40,956 nucleotides of DNA from contig CAZMJM010000002.1 in assembly GCA_964566875.1 (NCBI GenBank), positions 5,324-46,279 on the forward strand, written 5' to 3'. The notes beneath the pieces are model-generated. The model was given only the letters and a program-made list of their open reading frames with translations, did not search any database and was not told the DNA's origin. Positions 7,696 to 16,816 of the stretch are shown here, piece by piece; the first letter of the stretch is position 1; every line of letters begins with the position of its first letter. Both the position numbers and the translations under genes were made by a program. This DNA comes from an uncultured Candidatus Saccharibacteria bacterium. GTDB lineage: Bacteria; Patescibacteriota; Minisyncoccia; Minisyncoccales; JANBVM01.

Positions 7696-9051
7696 ATGGC
7701 TAACGAAGTTTCAGAAAAGCTCCCTCCTCAATCCGTCAAGGCAGAACAGGGGCTGTTAGGATGTTTGATGCTTGATAAATCAGCCATAATTAAGGTGGCT
7801 GATTTTTTAGTACCGGAAGACTTCTACCGGAAGATACACCAGGAGATATATGAGTCTTGTATTGAATTATTTAAAAGGGGCGAACCCATAGACCTTCTGT
7901 CCGTTGCCAACCGATTGAAAGAGAAAAACCTTCTTGAGGAAGTGGGAGGCAACGGCTATCTGACCGAACTGATGAACTCTGTACCTACTCCGCGCCACGT
8001 TCTGAATTATGGAAAGATAGTCCACAACAAGAGGATTTTGCGTGACATGATAGATGCTTCCCAGGAAATAGCCGAGCTCGGTTATAACGAGAAGGAAGAC
8101 ATAGATAAATTGCTGGACCAGGCCGAAAGGAGGATTTTCAGTATTGCTCAGAGGGGTCTTTCCCAGGAGTTCGTGCTGGTCAAGGATACTTTGGAAGAGG
8201 CATTTGAGAGAATAGATAAGCTCTCCAAGCACCAAACAGGATTGCGGGGCGTCCCTACTGGATTCAGCGAACTGGACAACATGTTGGCGGGTTTTCAGAA
8301 GTCCGACCTGATAATATTGGCCGCCCGTCCCTCTTTAGGTAAGAGTGCGCTGGCGCTCAACTTTGCTTCAAACATAGCGGTTAACCACAAGATACCGGTG
8401 GGCATATTTTCTCTGGAAATGTCCAAGGACCAGATAGTGGATCGGCTGATAGCAAGTTATTCCGGTGTTGACCTGTGGAGGTTGAGGACGGGTCGCCTTT
8501 CCGGAGAAGGAAAAGAAGATGATTTCAGCAGAATACAGCATGCTCTGGGGATTCTCTCCGAAGCTCCGATTTACATTGATGACGCCTTTTCTTCAACCGT
8601 GCTTCAAATGAAAGCCATGTCCAGGAGGCTCCAGGCGGAAAGCGAATTGGGCCTTATCATCATAGACTATCTTCAGCTGATGGAACCCCTCAATCCGAAT
8701 GCCAGCCCGGTGCAGCAGGTGTCGGAGAACTCCCGCGCCCTTAAGGGTCTGGCCCGAGAACTGAACATCCCGGTTCTGGTAATTTCCCAGCTCTCCCGGG
8801 CCGTAGAGCAGCGTTCTCCGCAGATACCGCGTCTCTCAGACCTGAGGCAGAGCGGCACCATTGAGCAGGACGCCGACGTGGTTATGTTCATCTATCGGGA
8901 AGACCGCTACCGAAAAGAAACCGCCAAAAAGAATATAGCGGATATTATTGTTGCCAAACATCGCAACGGTCCGGTGGGAGGAGTGGAGGTTTATTTTGAC
9001 GAGAGGAGGGTTTCTTTCCGCAATCTCGATAAGAACTTTGAGGACTATTAA
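7696..9051 (+). CDS. dnaB: Replicative DNA helicase DnaB
   Basis: N-terminus PPQSVKAEQGLLGCLM, Walker A ARPSLGKSALAL, IIIDYLQLM, SQLSR. Confidence 0.95.
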   Translation: MANEVSEKLPPQSVKAEQGLLGCLMLDKSAIIKVADFLVPEDFYRKIHQEIYESCIELFKRGEPIDLLSVANRLKEKNLLEEVGGNGYLTELMNSVPTPRHVLNYGKIVHNKRILRDMIDASQEIAELGYNEKEDIDKLLDQAERRIFSIAQRGLSQEFVLVKDTLEEAFERIDKLSKHQTGLRGVPTGFSELDNMLAGFQKSDLIILAARPSLGKSALALNFASNIAVNHKIPVGIFSLEMSKDQIVDRLIASYSGVDLWRLRTGRLSGEGKEDDFSRIQHALGILSEAPIYIDDAFSSTVLQMKAMSRRLQAESELGLIIIDYLQLMEPLNPNASPVQQVSENSRALKGLARELNIPVLVISQLSRAVEQRSPQIPRLSDLRQSGTIEQDADVVMFIYREDRYRKETAKKNIADIIVAKHRNGPVGGVEVYFDERRVSFRNLDKNFEDY

Positions 9052-9054
9052 GAC

Positions 9055-9660
9055 ATGAAGTATTCACCCGCCATCCAAAAACTGATAGGGGTTTTTGGCA
9101 GATTTCCGACGGTCGGTCCTAAAACGGCCGCTCGTTTTGCTTTTCATCTGCTGAGGTCGGGAAAGAAAGAGACAGAGGCGCTGGAATCTGCCCTTGAGGA
9201 CCTGAAGAAAAAAGTTAAAATTTGCAGTCTTTGTTTCAAATCTTTTGAAGGGTCTTCTGCAGAAAAGTTATGTGAAATCTGTTCTGATAAGAGCCGGAAT
9301 CGTGGCCTGCTGTGTATTTTAGAAAACGAGATAGACCTGCAGGCTTTAGAGAACACCAGAAAATATCGGGGCCTTTATTTCATTTTGGGAGGCCTTATCT
9401 CCAGCCTGAAGAGAGAAGATTTTCAAAGGATAAGAAATGAGGAATTGAAGACAAGAATCAAAAATCATCCTGAGGTGAAGGAAATAATCATCGCCACAGA
9501 CTTTACCGCCGAGGGAAGGGCCACCGCTCTTTATCTGAAGAGAATGCTCTCAAGTCTCAAGGTCAAGGTTACCCAGCTGGGACAAGGGCTTCCGGTAGGA
9601 GGAGAGCTTGAGTATGCCGATGAAGAAACTCTTTCCAGCGCCCTGGAGAGCAGGAAATAG
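9055..9660 (+). CDS. recR: Recombination protein RecR
   Basis: HhH N-terminus FPTVGPKTAARFAFHLL, C4 zinc finger CSLC...CEIC, Toprim region. Confidence 0.9.
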   Translation: MKYSPAIQKLIGVFGRFPTVGPKTAARFAFHLLRSGKKETEALESALEDLKKKVKICSLCFKSFEGSSAEKLCEICSDKSRNRGLLCILENEIDLQALENTRKYRGLYFILGGLISSLKREDFQRIRNEELKTRIKNHPEVKEIIIATDFTAEGRATALYLKRMLSSLKVKVTQLGQGLPVGGELEYADEETLSSALESRK

Positions 9661-9718
9661 AAACACGTATAAGCGGATCTACGCAGGTATTATCCGCAGA
9701 ACTACGCGGAAACATAAA

Positions 9719-9748
9719 CACCCCTTGATTACAAGGAGTGCTTTTTTA
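9719..9748. terminator. Bidirectional terminator between convergent recR and rplU
   Basis: Stem cacccctt g / caaggagtg with one mismatch, loop atta. TTTTTT follows on the plus strand and TTTATGTTT on the minus strand. Confidence 0.6.
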
Positions 9749-9808
9749 TTCGCGTTTATCCGCTTCTACGAAGTTAATCTGCGTGTATCAGCGCCCGTCA
9801 ATCCTCTT

Positions 9809-10123
9809 CTACACACCCTTTATCTCTTCAATCTGAACTTCTGTAAATTGCTGCCGATGGCCTTTCTTGACTTTATATCTTTTACTGGCTCGATACTTGA
9901 AGACGATAACTTTCTTAGCTTTCCCCTGGCGGATTACCTTTCCGGTTACCTTAACGCCTTTGACCTGCGGTTTGCCGATTTCCAGCTTCTTTCCTTTTTC
10001 TAAGAGCAGAACCTGGTCGAAGGCCACCTTGTCCCCCTCTTTCTTGTCTAATTTTTCCACCTTTAACCTGTCTCCTTCTTTGACAAGGTATTGTTTTCCT
10101 CCTGTTTTGATTACGGCTAACAT
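9809..10123 (-). CDS. rplU: 50S ribosomal protein L21
   Basis: MLAVIKTGGKQYLVKEGD N-terminus and about 104 aa, typical of L21. Confidence 0.92.
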   Translation of the reverse strand: MLAVIKTGGKQYLVKEGDRLKVEKLDKKEGDKVAFDQVLLLEKGKKLEIGKPQVKGVKVTGKVIRQGKAKKVIVFKYRASKRYKVKKGHRQQFTEVQIEEIKGV

Positions 10124-10140
10124 ATGATATTGGCTTTATA

Positions 10141-11142
10141 TTATTCCGGTTTTTTTAATTTTTTATTCTCTCTTATCTCCAGCAATTTGTCCACTCTTTC
10201 TGAGAATAAACTGAGCCTTTTCTCAGAATGGTCATAGGCGGAAACGGCATTCTTCAAGTGGCCACCCAGTTTCCGAAAATTGTTGTTCAGCTTTTCGGCG
10301 TCCCGGCTTATTCCGTTTAACTTTTTTAATGTCTCCTGGGTTTGTTTGGATATCTGCGTGTCCTGGAACCAATGAGCGATGGTTCTCAGGGTAAGATAAA
10401 TGGTGTTGGGCGACGTGAGAACCACCTTGTTGTTCCAGGCATAACTGGCTATATCTTTTTCTCTCATCCCAAACATGACTTCGTAATAGATGGCTTCGGC
10501 CGGGATATACATGAGGGCGAATTCAATGGTTCCCTCGGAAGGTTTTATGTATTTGGAACTTATCTCGTCTATTCTGGCTTTCAGGTCCCTGAGAAAGTCT
10601 TCCCTGAAGCGCTTCTTTTCTTCCTCGGAATCCGCATTTATCATCCGCTCAAAGTTTTCCGAAGAAAACTTGGAATCGATGGGCAGTACCTTCTGATTGG
10701 GCAGTTTGAGGATAGCGTCTACCGTCTCTCCCGAAGAAAATGAGTATTGTCTTTTCCACAGTTCCTGGGGAAAATGCTGGGACAGGATATACTCTAATGA
10801 AGCCTCTCCCCACTGTCCTCTCAGTTTCGGCGATTTGAAAATTTTCTGGAATGAGGAAACGTCTTGCACCTTTTCCTGAATCTGTTTCAGGTTCTCCCTC
10901 ATTTCGGTGGTTTCCTTGGTAAAGGACCTCATCTGTTCGTTGAGCTGCCTGGAGGCACCATTCTGGCTGTCCCTTATCTCTTTCATCTGGTCGCGCATCA
11001 AGTCGGTAAGGCGCCTTTCCAGGTCCCTGATGGATTCATTCTGTACCCGGTCGGTCTTGGATTTTGCGTAAATATAAAAAATAATAAGGGCTGCTCCTGC
11101 CCCTACTATAAAGGCAATTGCAATGGACAGCGTTTCAGGCAC
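10141..11142 (-). CDS. rmuC: DNA recombination protein RmuC
   Basis: N-terminal TM helix, long coiled-coil, and C-terminal RmuC nuclease-like region (ALMYIPAEAIYYE, VVLTSPNT). Confidence 0.85.
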   Translation of the reverse strand: MPETLSIAIAFIVGAGAALIIFYIYAKSKTDRVQNESIRDLERRLTDLMRDQMKEIRDSQNGASRQLNEQMRSFTKETTEMRENLKQIQEKVQDVSSFQKIFKSPKLRGQWGEASLEYILSQHFPQELWKRQYSFSSGETVDAILKLPNQKVLPIDSKFSSENFERMINADSEEEKKRFREDFLRDLKARIDEISSKYIKPSEGTIEFALMYIPAEAIYYEVMFGMREKDIASYAWNNKVVLTSPNTIYLTLRTIAHWFQDTQISKQTQETLKKLNGISRDAEKLNNNFRKLGGHLKNAVSAYDHSEKRLSLFSERVDKLLEIRENKKLKKPE

Positions 11143-11194
11143 GGATTTATTTTAGCCGATTAGCAGCTTAAAGTCAATTGACAGAAAGAGGCGG

Positions 11195-12151
11195 TTAGAA
11201 TATTTCCGCCGCCAAAAATGCCAGATAAACCAGCACCAGGAAGGCTCCTTCTTTTCTGGATATCTTTTTGTCGGTGGCGGAAAAAATTACGAAGAACAGG
11301 CAGGTAGCTACGGTGAATATGTAACCCTTAAAATAAACAAAAAATTGGGAAACGTCAAACGGCGAAATAAGGGCCGCTAATCCCAGCACGCAGGCCGAAT
11401 TCACCACCACCGAACCCATGACGTCTCCCAGTATCATGCTTTCGTGGCCCATAGTGATGGACCTGATGCCGAAAGTTAATTCGGGCAGAGACGTCCCCAG
11501 AGCTACCAATACCGCCCCCATGATAATTAGCGAGAAATTGAGATCAACCGCCAGCTGGGTGGAAGAATAAACGATTCCTTCCGCACTAATCAGCAGGCAG
11601 ATTACTCCGAAAGAGAATATAACAAGGTTCTTTAAAAATAGTTTGAAGTGCATCCAATCTCTCTGGAAGTGTCCACTGAAAACTTTGGTAAACCTTTCCT
11701 CCTCCGACAGCAGCTGCCCAAAATAGAAAAACAGGGCGATTATGAGAATGATTCCGTCTCCGCGGGAAACATAGCCGTCCGACATCAGCAGGATGGGCAG
11801 TAAGCCGTAGATGCCCGCATAACTGCTGGCTCTCTGTAAGGTGGTACTCTCAAATTTCAATCCCCCCTTCTTGGAAAGAAAAGTGGCGATTCCCACTACC
11901 AGTGTCAGGGCCACTATGTTGGAACCCATTACTACTCCGAAAGAAAGTTGGGGTTTCCCCTGTAGGGAAGAGGTAATACTGACGAATATTTCCGGCAGAG
12001 AGGTTGAGAAGGCCATCAAGACGGAAGAAACTATAAATTTTCTCCACTTCAAAAATTGGGCTATTCTTACCAGGGACCTGACCACCCAGACTCCGGAACG
12101 GATGAGGAGTAAGGAGGAGGCAGCGAATATTAAGAGGTTAAGCCAGAGCAT
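11195..12151 (-). CDS. Ca2+/Na+ antiporter (YrbG/CaCA family)
   Basis: Two alpha-repeats with STSLPEIF and GTSLPELT. Polytopic membrane protein. Confidence 0.8.
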   Translation of the reverse strand: MLWLNLLIFAASSLLLIRSGVWVVRSLVRIAQFLKWRKFIVSSVLMAFSTSLPEIFVSITSSLQGKPQLSFGVVMGSNIVALTLVVGIATFLSKKGGLKFESTTLQRASSYAGIYGLLPILLMSDGYVSRGDGIILIIALFFYFGQLLSEEERFTKVFSGHFQRDWMHFKLFLKNLVIFSFGVICLLISAEGIVYSSTQLAVDLNFSLIIMGAVLVALGTSLPELTFGIRSITMGHESMILGDVMGSVVVNSACVLGLAALISPFDVSQFFVYFKGYIFTVATCLFFVIFSATDKKISRKEGAFLVLVYLAFLAAEIF

Positions 12152-13291
12152 TTAATTTAAGAAAGATATTATTTGCAGGGCCAATCCCAGGACAAAGACG
12201 GAAACCAGGACAAGGGCCAGGACCTGGCCGGGCTTGTTACCTTTCTTTTCAGCCATCCTTCGGTACATCAACAGGATAAGAGTGCCGTCGACACCCAGCA
12301 TAACTCCTCCTCCCAGGCTGATTACGGTGATAAAGCTCTTCAGTCCCAGGAGGAAAATAGCCAGAGGAGGCAGACAGGTAAGCGCCCAGGCCTTGTTCTT
12401 ACTTATATTTAAATCATACCAAAAAACGCGTTTCAGGGTTAGCCCCAGGGTGATAAAGGAGGTGAATGTAGTCAGGATTCCCAGCAGCAGGATCAGGGTG
12501 AACATTCCCTCACCCAGAAAACTTTCAAGGCCCGTCAGGGCAGACTCTGTGGTAGCCGGTCCCGTCATGCCCAGTATCAGGTACACGAAGAAGGCATATA
12601 TAAGAATGGGGACCAGGGTGGCGACGGGTATCACCTTTTTTAATAAGGCTTTGTCTTCGCCTAGCATTTCTTCCACTTCCGGTATCAGGGCGGCTCCCCA
12701 TAAGGAAAACAGGATGGCGCCGTAAGGCAGGAAAAAATTAGAGAGATTAAGGGGTTCGGCGGGGGCAATCAGATATTCCATCCTGATGGCAGGGTGAACG
12801 CGCAGGAAAACCATAATCATGACGGCGAAAAAGAAAACCAGAGACCAGGTTTCTACCTGGGCTATTATCTTGATTCCCAAAAAAATCATCAGGGCCCCGG
12901 CGGCAAAATAAAGGAAGGTATAGAAATCGGCATTTTCTATCTTCAGGAAAGGATAGAGTACGCTTTTCAGAAAGTCCCCTCCCACTATGATGTAGGCTAA
13001 AATGGCCCCGTAGGTTCCCAGAAGGGAGGAAAACAGAGAAACCCTTTCTCCCCACTTGCCCAGATGAACCTTGGCGAAACCGGGCAGCCTTTTAAAGTCG
13101 GGAGTAGCCACGGCTAACCGGCCGAAGATTATGTGGATTATTCCTACCAAAACTCCGAGAACCGCAAAGTAGCCGAGCATGACCGGAAACCCCACCCTGG
13201 AAGCCAGGTAGGGCAGAGAAAAAATACCAACCCCTATGGTGGTGCCGGAGATGGTAGCTACCGAATAAATGAATTTTTTAATCTTAGGCAA
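12152..13291 (-). CDS. Amino acid permease (aromatic/HAAAP-like transporter)
   Basis: About 11 TM helices. N-terminus SGTTIGVGIFSLPY is typical of amino-acid transporters. Confidence 0.7.
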   Translation of the reverse strand: MPKIKKFIYSVATISGTTIGVGIFSLPYLASRVGFPVMLGYFAVLGVLVGIIHIIFGRLAVATPDFKRLPGFAKVHLGKWGERVSLFSSLLGTYGAILAYIIVGGDFLKSVLYPFLKIENADFYTFLYFAAGALMIFLGIKIIAQVETWSLVFFFAVMIMVFLRVHPAIRMEYLIAPAEPLNLSNFFLPYGAILFSLWGAALIPEVEEMLGEDKALLKKVIPVATLVPILIYAFFVYLILGMTGPATTESALTGLESFLGEGMFTLILLLGILTTFTSFITLGLTLKRVFWYDLNISKNKAWALTCLPPLAIFLLGLKSFITVISLGGGVMLGVDGTLILLMYRRMAEKKGNKPGQVLALVLVSVFVLGLALQIISFLN

Positions 13292-15917
13292 ATTCTTTTT
13301 TGGCTATAAAATGCCATTTTGTTATTTCAATCAACGCTACCTCCAGCAACCCAAGACCCAGTATCAACCCCCAATCAATCAATGCCAGGGGAACGGTTTT
13401 CAGAAGGGTTTGCAGCACCGGTACGTATATGGCCATCCCCAAAGCCAGCAGTCCCATTATCAGCGCTATTACCAGAAATTTATTGGAAAGGGGGTGGATG
13501 TGCCAGAGGTTTTGTCTCAGACTCTTGCAGGAAAAGGCATAGAAGAGAGAATCCACCGACAGGGCTGCGAAAATCATTGTTCTTATGTGGTCAATGTCAT
13601 GGTCGTTGCGTAGCAGCCAGAAAAATATTCCCAGCAGCATGAAGTCCGTCAACAGACCGATAATGAAGATTATTACTTTCATTTCCCGGGTCAAAAGGGG
13701 AATCTTGTGGCCGGCCGGTTTGCAGGACATCAGGTCTTTTTCCTCCGGTTCAAAGGCCAGGGCAATGTCGGGGAGGCCGTCCTCAATCAGATTAACCCAA
13801 AGAATCTGCACTGCCGAAATAGGCAGAGGAACTCCTGCCAGAATGCTGAAGGATATTAATATCACCTCGGTGAAGCTGTCCGAGAGAAGATAGGTAATTA
13901 CTTTTCTGATATTGTCCAATATAGCCCTTCCCTCCTCTACGGCTTTAATGATGATGGAAAAGCTGTCGTTTAAGAGGATGAGGTCTGAAGTTTCCTTGGC
14001 CACTTCCGTGCCCGAGCCTAGAGCTACTCCGATATCGGCTTTCTTAAGGGCGGGGGCGTCGTTGATGCCGTCTCCGGTCATGGCTACCACCTCTCCCCTG
14101 TCCTGCCATGCCTGAATAATCCTGGTTTTGTGTTTGGGTTCCACCCGGGCATATATCTGTATCTTTTCCAGGACCTGGTCGAAATCGCCGGCGGACATAG
14201 TTTCCAACTCTCTTCCTTCTAAAATATTCTCCTCTTTTATTTCAAACCCCAGTTCTTCGGCTACCGCGAGAGCCGTCAGTTTATGGTCTCCGGTAGCAAT
14301 AATAGGCTTCATGCCGGCTCTCTTACAAACCTCAATAGCTTCTCTTGCTTCCTTCCTGACCGGGTCTTTGATGGTGACGAAACCGGCGAAAACCAAGTCC
14401 TGGATTTCCGACTGTAGGTCTTCTCTGGCAGAAGAAATTCTAACTTTTTTAAAGGCCGAGGCCACTACCCTTAATCCCTGGCCGGTCAGATCCTGCAGTT
14501 TTTTCTCTATCTTATTAAGAACCGCCTTGGAGATTTTTATCTTCCTGGCTCCCTGCTTGATATGGGTGCACTTACCTATGATTCTTTCCGGAGCCCCGCA
14601 CAGATAAAAATTGTGACCGCTTCCCTCTTTAATCACGGCCCCTACATACTTATTGACAGTGGTAAACGGAAGCTCCATTACTTTTTTAGCTCTCTTGTAG
14701 AGTCTGGACATCCCCATTCTTATGGCTTCTTCCATGATAGCTTTATCGGTCGGTCTGCCCCTTACTACCCAATTGCCGTTCTCATCTTTTTGTTCCTCCA
14801 CAAAGGCTTCTGAGGTCAAAACCGCCACCTTCAGGGCAAAGGCATCATTTTTCTTAAGGGGTCTTCCGTTTATTTCTTCGGCTGAAATTATTCCGCTTAC
14901 CTTCATTTTTCCCTCGGTCAAAGTACCGGTTTTGTCCGTACATATCACGGAAGTGCTTCCCAGGGTTTCCGCGGACGAAAGTTTCCTTACCAGGCCTCCC
15001 GCCTTAAGGATTCTCTGCATCCCCAGAGCCAGTATTACCGTCATGGCTACCGGCAGTCCCTCGGGAATAGCGGCCACCGCCACGGCCACGGCCGTAATGA
15101 ACATTTCTTCAAATTCCCCGCCTGTAGCTATTCCCTCGAGAAAAATAGCAAAGCAGATAACGGCGACAACGATACCGATGAGGGAAGAAAAAGTGGAAAG
15201 TTTTTTCTGATAGGGCGTCTTTTCTTCTTTTGACTCCTTAATCATTTTAGAGATTTGGCCTATCTCGGTATCTTCTCCCGTTGCCGTAACGATTATTCTG
15301 CCCTTGCCGTCCTCTACGATGGTTCCCATATAAACCATGTCGTCCCTGTCAGCCAGGGGGGTTGTGGGAATGAGGATGTCGGTTTTTTTCTTGGAGGGCA
15401 GCCATTCTCCGGTCAGCGACATCTCGTTAATCTTCAGGTTGCTGTTGTAGAAAATCCTGCCGTCGGCCGGAACCTTGCTCCCCGGGTTCAATACTGCAAT
15501 GTCTCCGGGCACCAAATCTTCGGAATCCACTACTTTCAGGTTTCCATCCCTCAGTACCTCGGCCTTGTATTTAACGGTCTCCCTGAGCCGTCTCAATGTT
15601 TGAGAGGCTTTATTTTCCTGGACAAAACCGACCAACACGTTCAATAAGACCGCTCCAAAAACCACCACGGCATCCGTGGACTCTTTCAATATTAGAGAAA
15701 CGACGCCCGCTATCAGAAGTATGTAGATAAGAGGGCTCTTAAATTGCTCGAAGAAAATATTGAGGCTTGAGAGGGGCTGTTCTGCTGGCAGTTCATTCCT
15801 GCCGAAACTTGTCAGGCGCTTTTCCGCCTCTTTCTGGGTCAGGCCCTTGGCCCTATCAACGTTCCACGCCCTTTCCACCTCGTCAATTTTTAAACTGTGC
15901 CAGATGAATTTAGACAT
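13284..15917 (-). CDS. P-type ATPase, type II (Ca2+-transporting, SERCA/PMCA-like)
   Basis: Cation_ATPase_N-like start, PEGLP, ICTDKTGTLT, TGDGINDAPALKKADIGVA. Confidence 0.9.
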   Translation of the reverse strand: MSKFIWHSLKIDEVERAWNVDRAKGLTQKEAEKRLTSFGRNELPAEQPLSSLNIFFEQFKSPLIYILLIAGVVSLILKESTDAVVVFGAVLLNVLVGFVQENKASQTLRRLRETVKYKAEVLRDGNLKVVDSEDLVPGDIAVLNPGSKVPADGRIFYNSNLKINEMSLTGEWLPSKKKTDILIPTTPLADRDDMVYMGTIVEDGKGRIIVTATGEDTEIGQISKMIKESKEEKTPYQKKLSTFSSLIGIVVAVICFAIFLEGIATGGEFEEMFITAVAVAVAAIPEGLPVAMTVILALGMQRILKAGGLVRKLSSAETLGSTSVICTDKTGTLTEGKMKVSGIISAEEINGRPLKKNDAFALKVAVLTSEAFVEEQKDENGNWVVRGRPTDKAIMEEAIRMGMSRLYKRAKKVMELPFTTVNKYVGAVIKEGSGHNFYLCGAPERIIGKCTHIKQGARKIKISKAVLNKIEKKLQDLTGQGLRVVASAFKKVRISSAREDLQSEIQDLVFAGFVTIKDPVRKEAREAIEVCKRAGMKPIIATGDHKLTALAVAEELGFEIKEENILEGRELETMSAGDFDQVLEKIQIYARVEPKHKTRIIQAWQDRGEVVAMTGDGINDAPALKKADIGVALGSGTEVAKETSDLILLNDSFSIIIKAVEEGRAILDNIRKVITYLLSDSFTEVILISFSILAGVPLPISAVQILWVNLIEDGLPDIALAFEPEEKDLMSCKPAGHKIPLLTREMKVIIFIIGLLTDFMLLGIFFWLLRNDHDIDHIRTMIFAALSVDSLFYAFSCKSLRQNLWHIHPLSNKFLVIALIMGLLALGMAIYVPVLQTLLKTVPLALIDWGLILGLGLLEVALIEITKWHFIAKKEFA

Positions 15918-16080
15918 GCCTATATCTATATTCTAACGGAAAAACCCCTTTCTTTAAATGTGGACAGTTTCTAATTTCTAATAACTCTTAATTACGCAGT
16001 AATTACAAGGAGCGTAGTGACTGGTTCTTATTACTAAAAAGTCGCTTTATTGTTTCTAACAACTCATAAACTAATAACTA

Positions 16081-16104
16081 AAACCACTCTTTGCAGAGTG
16101 GTTT
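16081..16104 (-). terminator. Hairpin downstream of tRNA-Glu
   Basis: Perfect 10-bp stem aaaccactct/agagtggttt with loop ttgc. The U-tract on the minus strand is weak. Confidence 0.4.
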
Positions 16105-16133
16105 TAATGCTTGCCCTGAGCGTAGTCGAAGGG

Positions 16134-16206
16134 TGGCCCCACCGGGAATCGAACCCGGGTTTTGAGGTTGAGAACCTCACGTCCTCGGCCACTAGACGAT
16201 GGGGCC
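16134..16206 (-). tRNA. tRNA-Glu (anticodon CUC), 73 nt, no encoded CCA
   Basis: Manual cloverleaf: acceptor GGCCCCA/TGGGGCC, D stem GTCT/GGAC, anticodon stem TGAGG/CCTCA with loop TTCTCAA, T arm CCGGG-TTCGATT-CCCGG. Confidence 0.88.
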
Positions 16207-16216
16207 TGATTATAAT

Positions 16217-16227
16217 AATTTATCACA
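16217..16227 (-). promoter_or_regulatory. TGTGATAAATT extended -10-like element upstream of tRNA-Glu
   Basis: Complement of aatttatcaca, about 11 nt upstream of the tRNA 5' end. Confidence 0.35.
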
Positions 16228-16240
16228 AAAGGCGCTTTTT

Positions 16241-16810
16241 TCAAGAATACGACCGCAAGAGCTGGGAAACCCGAAAGGCATTGAGGCCCAACGTCAGGGC
16301 CGCACTCACGGCGGCCAGAACGGCATAGAGGCTCTTTTCGCCCGGAGGTAAGGCTATCCAGATTGGTATTGAGTTGCCTTTATAGTTAATCTTGAAATTC
16401 GTTTTCCCATTCCGTTTCAAATCGCTCACCCTCAGGTTGGCGCCTTCCTGAAAACCGAAGGTAAAGGTTTCGGCCTTTGATAATTCAAATATCTTTTTTA
16501 ATTCTTCCTGGTCGTAGCAGAAAATAATCCTTGCTTTTTCCGGGAGGGTTTTAACAGAATCCAGAAAATCGGCAGGCTCCCCCTCCATTATGCTGGTTAT
16601 CAGCACTGCAATATTCTGCTCTTCCTCAGCGGGTATTTCCGCCAGGCTTTCCTTTAAGGAAGCGGATTCAAGGGCAGTTAAAAACTTTTCTTTTCCGCTT
16701 TTCTCCATGAGATAAGAGAGTAGTCTTGAAGCAAAATTTCTCTCCTCACCCATAATTATGACGGTCGTGGAGCCGCTTTCTCCATCTTTTATTTCTGATT
16801 GTTTGGTCAT
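16241..16810 (-). CDS. Degenerate Mur-ligase central-domain-like protein (189 aa)
   Basis: C-terminal FGFQEGANLRVSDL...GEKSLYAVLAAVSAALTLGL resembles the end of the MurE/MurF central domain. The position of the GxxGKT P-loop reads IIMGEERNF. No N- or C-terminal Mur domains. Confidence 0.5.
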   Translation of the reverse strand: MTKQSEIKDGESGSTTVIIMGEERNFASRLLSYLMEKSGKEKFLTALESASLKESLAEIPAEEEQNIAVLITSIMEGEPADFLDSVKTLPEKARIIFCYDQEELKKIFELSKAETFTFGFQEGANLRVSDLKRNGKTNFKINYKGNSIPIWIALPPGEKSLYAVLAAVSAALTLGLNAFRVSQLLRSYS

Positions 16811-16816
16811 ATCTGG

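Noticed and set aside
9661-9808. Loose repeats (CCGC-N2-4-CTACG x3) and a possible dif/Xer site at the only convergent strand switch
   Set aside because: The repeats are short and imperfect. I could not find the ATAA-N6-TTAT-type dif core, and the terminator hairpin explains the main structure.
9608-10003. 131-aa plus-strand ORF running from the recR 3' end through the intergenic terminator into rplU antisense
   Set aside because: It crosses a bidirectional terminator, overlaps two supported genes, and has no family resemblance.
9728-16012. Shared 11-mer ATTACAAGGAG at 9728-9738 and 16002-16012
   Set aside because: Isolated 11-mer matches are expected by chance in a window of this size, and the flanks do not align.
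16050-16328. 92-aa plus-strand ORF across the tRNA-Glu locus
   Set aside because: It is the antisense translation of a clean tRNA cloverleaf and of the 3' end of the Mur-like gene.
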